DNA from: Chrysemys picta bellii
Lineage: Eukaryota
Assembly (NCBI RefSeq): GCF_011386835.1
Contig: NC_088795.1
Span: 118,606,001-118,670,000 of the forward strand
Length of the DNA stretch: 64,000 nucleotides
Direction: 5' to 3'
Position numbers and translations under genes: made by a program. Below are positions 59,999 to 64,000 of the stretch, in pieces; position 1 is the stretch's first letter; each line of letters begins with the position of its first letter. The notes under the pieces are model-generated. The model worked only from the letters and a program-made list of their open reading frames with translations. It did not search any database and was not told the DNA's origin.

Positions 59999-60840
59999 GT
60001 AGGCATCCAGTACCCCAGATACGAAACTGATCCTATCTAAAACGAAAATTAAAAGCAGAACACAACTTAAAACCTAAATGACCATATAAAAAAATAAAAT
60101 AAATAAGTGTGTAACCCATTCATGGAAAAATAGTTGTGATAATGACCTTTATCAGCTGCTCACTCTAACTCATTAAAGCTGATTCATATGCTGTCAGGAG
60201 TTTTGCTTATGCATGGTGGCTCACTTAAGTACCAATGAGAACCACCAAAGATTAGAAATGACTAACCTTTTAATCAAAACTCAGTGTTTTTGAAAAACAC
60301 TCTTATTTACTTTGATTTTATCAGTAACAAAGCACTCTGAGTATCTTGCCAGATATTTGAAGTTACTAACTTAAAAATGCATCACAAAGTAAGTATATAC
60401 TAATGATCTAAACACTATTTCTCTTTTTAATGCTGTAGCTGAAATCAAAATGTACTGTTACGGCCACTTTTTCCTCCACTTTTTCAAAAAAGTACATGAT
60501 GAAATGAGTTCTGTTTTTAGTCTAATCTTTGTGTTGCCACTCAATCTATGCAGTTCTTTCAAGGAATTCAGCAGATTCTCACTCAGTGTCATGTTGTTGC
60601 AAACAGGTGGTGGACCCTAAGGATCACAGCTGCTCTGGAGGCAGCTTTGCTTGTCCCTAAGTAGAGCCTTCTTAGAGGTTTTCTGCCACAGTAGGACCTG
60701 GTAGCATATGCCCTTGTGTAAACCTTTATCTCATTGGTTTGAGGTGCTACTGTCCTCTATATTTTTGCTACTTTAGCTAATGACATTTGTTGGAGTTTGT
60801 TCACTTAATGACTACTTTGTGAACTTCTGTTATATAGCAG

Positions 60841-60921
60841 ATGGTGAAAAACAACCTGGCCCAGTTCCAAAGTCTGTACAGAAGCAAAGAAGAATGCTGG
60901 AACGATTAGTAAGCAGTGAAT
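60841..60921 (+). CDS. WFS1: Wolframin coding exon (exon 6)
   Basis: Acceptor tatagcag|; 81 nt; (D)[26 protein letters not shown]; donor T|gtaagt. Confidence 0.97.
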
Positions 60922-62129
60922 GTAAGTGCACACATCCCTTTTGAAATGTAATGACCATGATTTCATTTTGCTTTGTTTTGCTAAATAATTTTGCACCAGC
61001 TGTAATTTTTTTCTCAACTACAGGATGTTAACCTAATACGTTTTTATCTTCTGATTACACTGCATTTAAGCTTAGCATTTAATGTACACAGCTCTTCAGC
61101 TTCTGTTACCTAGCTGTAACTGTTAAACCACACCCCCTCACTGAGGATTTCTCTCTAATATTTGTCTCCTACATAAATACTTGATTTAAACAGACCTTCC
61201 ATACCCCACCAGCCCCAAAAAAGCTGTCCTTGTGATTAGCTGTCTTCACCCATCACTCAAGAGACCCAGATTCAAGCTGTTGGACTCCAGGCTTAAATTT
61301 AAGGAAGAAACGTTTCTTCTTATGACCAAGTAAGATAGATTTTTCCTGGCGTCTGAAGGGCACGTCATCCAGCCCTGCCCAGCCGAGAGAGGTCACAGTG
61401 CTATTCGGTTCTGAAAAGGGAGGAGCAGCAACTGAAGACACATCAAAATTATTACTGTCTTGGCTCTTGCTGAGGAGGGAGAGCCTCATTCACTTTTTAA
61501 CTGGTAAAAATGCTACCGCTAGAAGGAAGCTGTGTCTTCTATGGGTTAAAAAGTTCTGGCTCGACTCTTATGACACCTGTAGAAGAAAACTAACAGGTTT
61601 TAAAATAAAAATAAGCTTAAGCTTTAAAATTCTGATCTGGGGCATGAAGATTCCAAATTGTTGCGAGGGAAGAGGGAAGGACCCGACTCCGAACTAGTTC
61701 TCTAAATCAGGACTGCTACTTGCTTAGTACATGAGATAGAAAGGTAGATAAAAATGATCAATGTAGAGGAAGGTGCTCTGTTTAGCCTTTCTTGCAGTAC
61801 AGGAACAAAGAGATACCTGACTCTATGAAAAGGCAGCAAATTTAAAACGATGAAAGGAAATACCCTCCTCACTCTCATCCATTTGTCCCCACAAAGCATT
61901 AAGCTGTGATACTTTATTATCGAGGACGGGGTGTCATAGGGTTGAAAAAAGGGAAGTAAAAATTACACTAGCTAGGATTTAAAAACAAAACACGTTTATA
62001 AGGGATATCAACCTTCCTCCTTCAGGATGCAAGGCAACAGTCCATTGCTTGGTGTTAAAAAGATAATCCCTTCCCTTCATTCCCCTTTCGGGTATGTAGG
62101 TATGTTAATGCATAATTATGAATTATGTG

Positions 62130-62230
62130 GTTTACCTCTTCCTCTGAAGCTTCTGATACGGGGACTGTCAAACAGGATGCCAGACTGCATGGAGTCTTGG
62201 TCTTGATCCAGCATGGCAATCCTGTATTCC
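62130..62230 (+). mobile_element. CR1-type 3' tail fragment (LINE or SINE)
   Basis: cttcctctgaagcttctg...caggatgccagactgcatggagtcttggtcttgatccagcatggcaatcc. Confidence 0.55.
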
Positions 62231-63478
62231 AACCATTGCACTGCAGCTGCTAATCTTCATATACATTACCTATTTTTTTTTTTGAAAAAGGAAAATGTGA
62301 AGAAACGATAGGAGGATTTAAAGACTGAAAACGAAGATGGCCAAGGAACATAGTTACAAACAATGCATATTGTACTGAGTGCATTGTAGTAAACCTAAAC
62401 TTCAGTTAAGGCCATATACAGAACCATTCTAATTCCATTTTCATACTAATGTATAAAATGTAAAAATCCATATAAAGTCAGTCTCACTCTTTTTTAGGGC
62501 TGTTTTAAATGTCCTACAGTTTAAAAACTAGTACTATATACTACTAAAACTTCCCAAACTTCAGGTTGAGATTCAATAAGTGTCACTGTAGTCCTCTCCT
62601 TCCAGGTAGCTTGTGACTGATCAGATATATGTGAGACTCAGCACTGAAAGTAACTTTCTCAAGATGAACTGGGGCTTTTTACATTAACTTGTCATATTTA
62701 TGAAAAGTTCTATAGTATGGTGCATGTAAGAGAGAGGAAAGGACAATACTCTGGATAGAGATGGGAGTCAGGCCTGAATTTTATTCCCAGCCTTGACAGA
62801 CTTTTCATATGGACTTGAGCCACATAGAGCTTAGTGTGACCCAATTTCCATTTATTGAAAAAATGTTTAGGGCCAAGACTGCCACATTTCCTTTTTCTCT
62901 CTCTCTCCATTGGAAAGTGTGCTGTGGTCTGAGTTCGTTGGAGAATCTTCTGCTTTGGCATCTATTGGATGATGCTATTGCACATTCCATCCCTTAGCTG
63001 CTGATCTTCTGAATCAGTGCTTCGCCTTCATTCTGATAGCAAATACATGCAAAACAAGCCACTTTGTTCTGAATCCTTCAGCAGCTCATAGTGTTGGGGG
63101 GGGAGGGGAAAGGGGGGTCAGTAATTTTCTGAAGGCTTAAATGGCTGATGAAATAACAGGAGGGTAAATGAACCTGCATGTTAAGTGTAGGCAGAAATTG
63201 ATGTGCACATTTCTTTTTTTACTGCAAATGGGGGAGGCAGGGAATTTGTCATAACCAAACTGAAGAAAAATCTGAATAATAAAGTGGAACCTACAACATA
63301 TGCTTTTAATATCAATTGAAGAGAGACTTGGGTGTCAAGTTACTAATGGCATTTAAAAATGAGAAGTTTTCATCAAACACTTAAAGTAGGAGGTGGGCTG
63401 TTCTCTCCTCTCCAGAGATGGAGTTGGCTGTCCATGCATGAGTAGAAGCAGCTATTACAAGCTAATATTAACTTCCCT

Positions 63479-63660
63479 AAAAAGAAGAACAGGAGTACTT
63501 GTGGCACCTTAGAGACTAACAAATTTATTAGAGCATAAGCTTTCGTGGACTACAGCCCACTTATGCTCTAATAAATTTGTTAGTCTCTAAGGTACCACAA
63601 GTACTCCTGTTCTTCTTTTTGCGGATACAGACTAACACGGCTGCTACTCTGAAACCTGTC
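63479..63660. mobile_element. Fold-back Penelope terminal-repeat insertion
   Basis: 12-bp TSD attaacttccct (63467-63478 / 63661-63672); 61-bp inverted arms (63479-63539 / 63560-63620) with 1 mismatch. Confidence 0.92.
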
Positions 63661-64000
63661 ATTAACTTCCCTGTGCATTTTGTCAGAGGCAAGTTTTCTT
63701 CTGATTTAATGCATTGCCAACACTTGGAAGCTTGATTTAAGCCTGTTTGCAAAGATTTGAGATGGTGTGAACTCAGTAGAAGCATATATAGGCAATTACA
63801 GGTGACATTGTCTGACTGTGGACAATGCCTGAGAATGTAAATGTCATTACATTTGATTTAATATGTCAGCCATGCATTATAAACTAAGAACTCTCCCCAT
63901 CAGTGTATCCCAGAAGTCCTGTCAAAGATTTTTGCTCTGTTCCAACCCTCTCCTCTTTTTGAAAACTTCCAGTGAAGGAGATTGCATGACTTCCCTAGGC

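Noticed and set aside
60922-64000. WFS1 exon 7 (SKNYIALDDFVEITKKY-like)
   Set aside because: No matching reading frame with splice sites; aaaaattacact near 61955 is a chance KNY match, so the exon probably lies beyond the window

Overview
Vertebrate genomic DNA, most likely a turtle: it carries a tortoise-type tRNA-derived SINE with a CR1 tail, abundant CR1, Penelope-like elements and GC-rich hAT MITEs. The only host protein-coding gene I can support is the 5' part of WFS1 (wolframin) on the + strand. It has a CpG-island promoter with a probable non-coding exon 1 (donor after 21381). Five coding exons follow at 24664-24865, 53205-53287, 58826-58970, 59828-59998 and 60841-60921, and they splice in frame to 227 codons. 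The remaining exons lie beyond the window. The rest is intergenic or intronic DNA dense in nested transposons. Four things stand out. (1) A fold-back Penelope-type insertion in intron 2 holds three copies of a minimal hammerhead-ribozyme-like motif, two of them as an exact tandem pair on the minus strand; other Penelope ends in the window also break at or near this motif. (2) An old, internally deleted, antisense LTR provirus has a PPPY gag remnant, an integrase tail and an env remnant with an RDRR furin site, a Gly-rich fusion peptide and a long post-cleavage region. (3) Two local inverted duplications, one with 224-bp arms just downstream of exon 3. (4) A degenerate minisatellite at the start of intron 1 supplies six MRE-core motifs. 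Family assignments come from recalled motifs, not database searches, and no activity has been tested.
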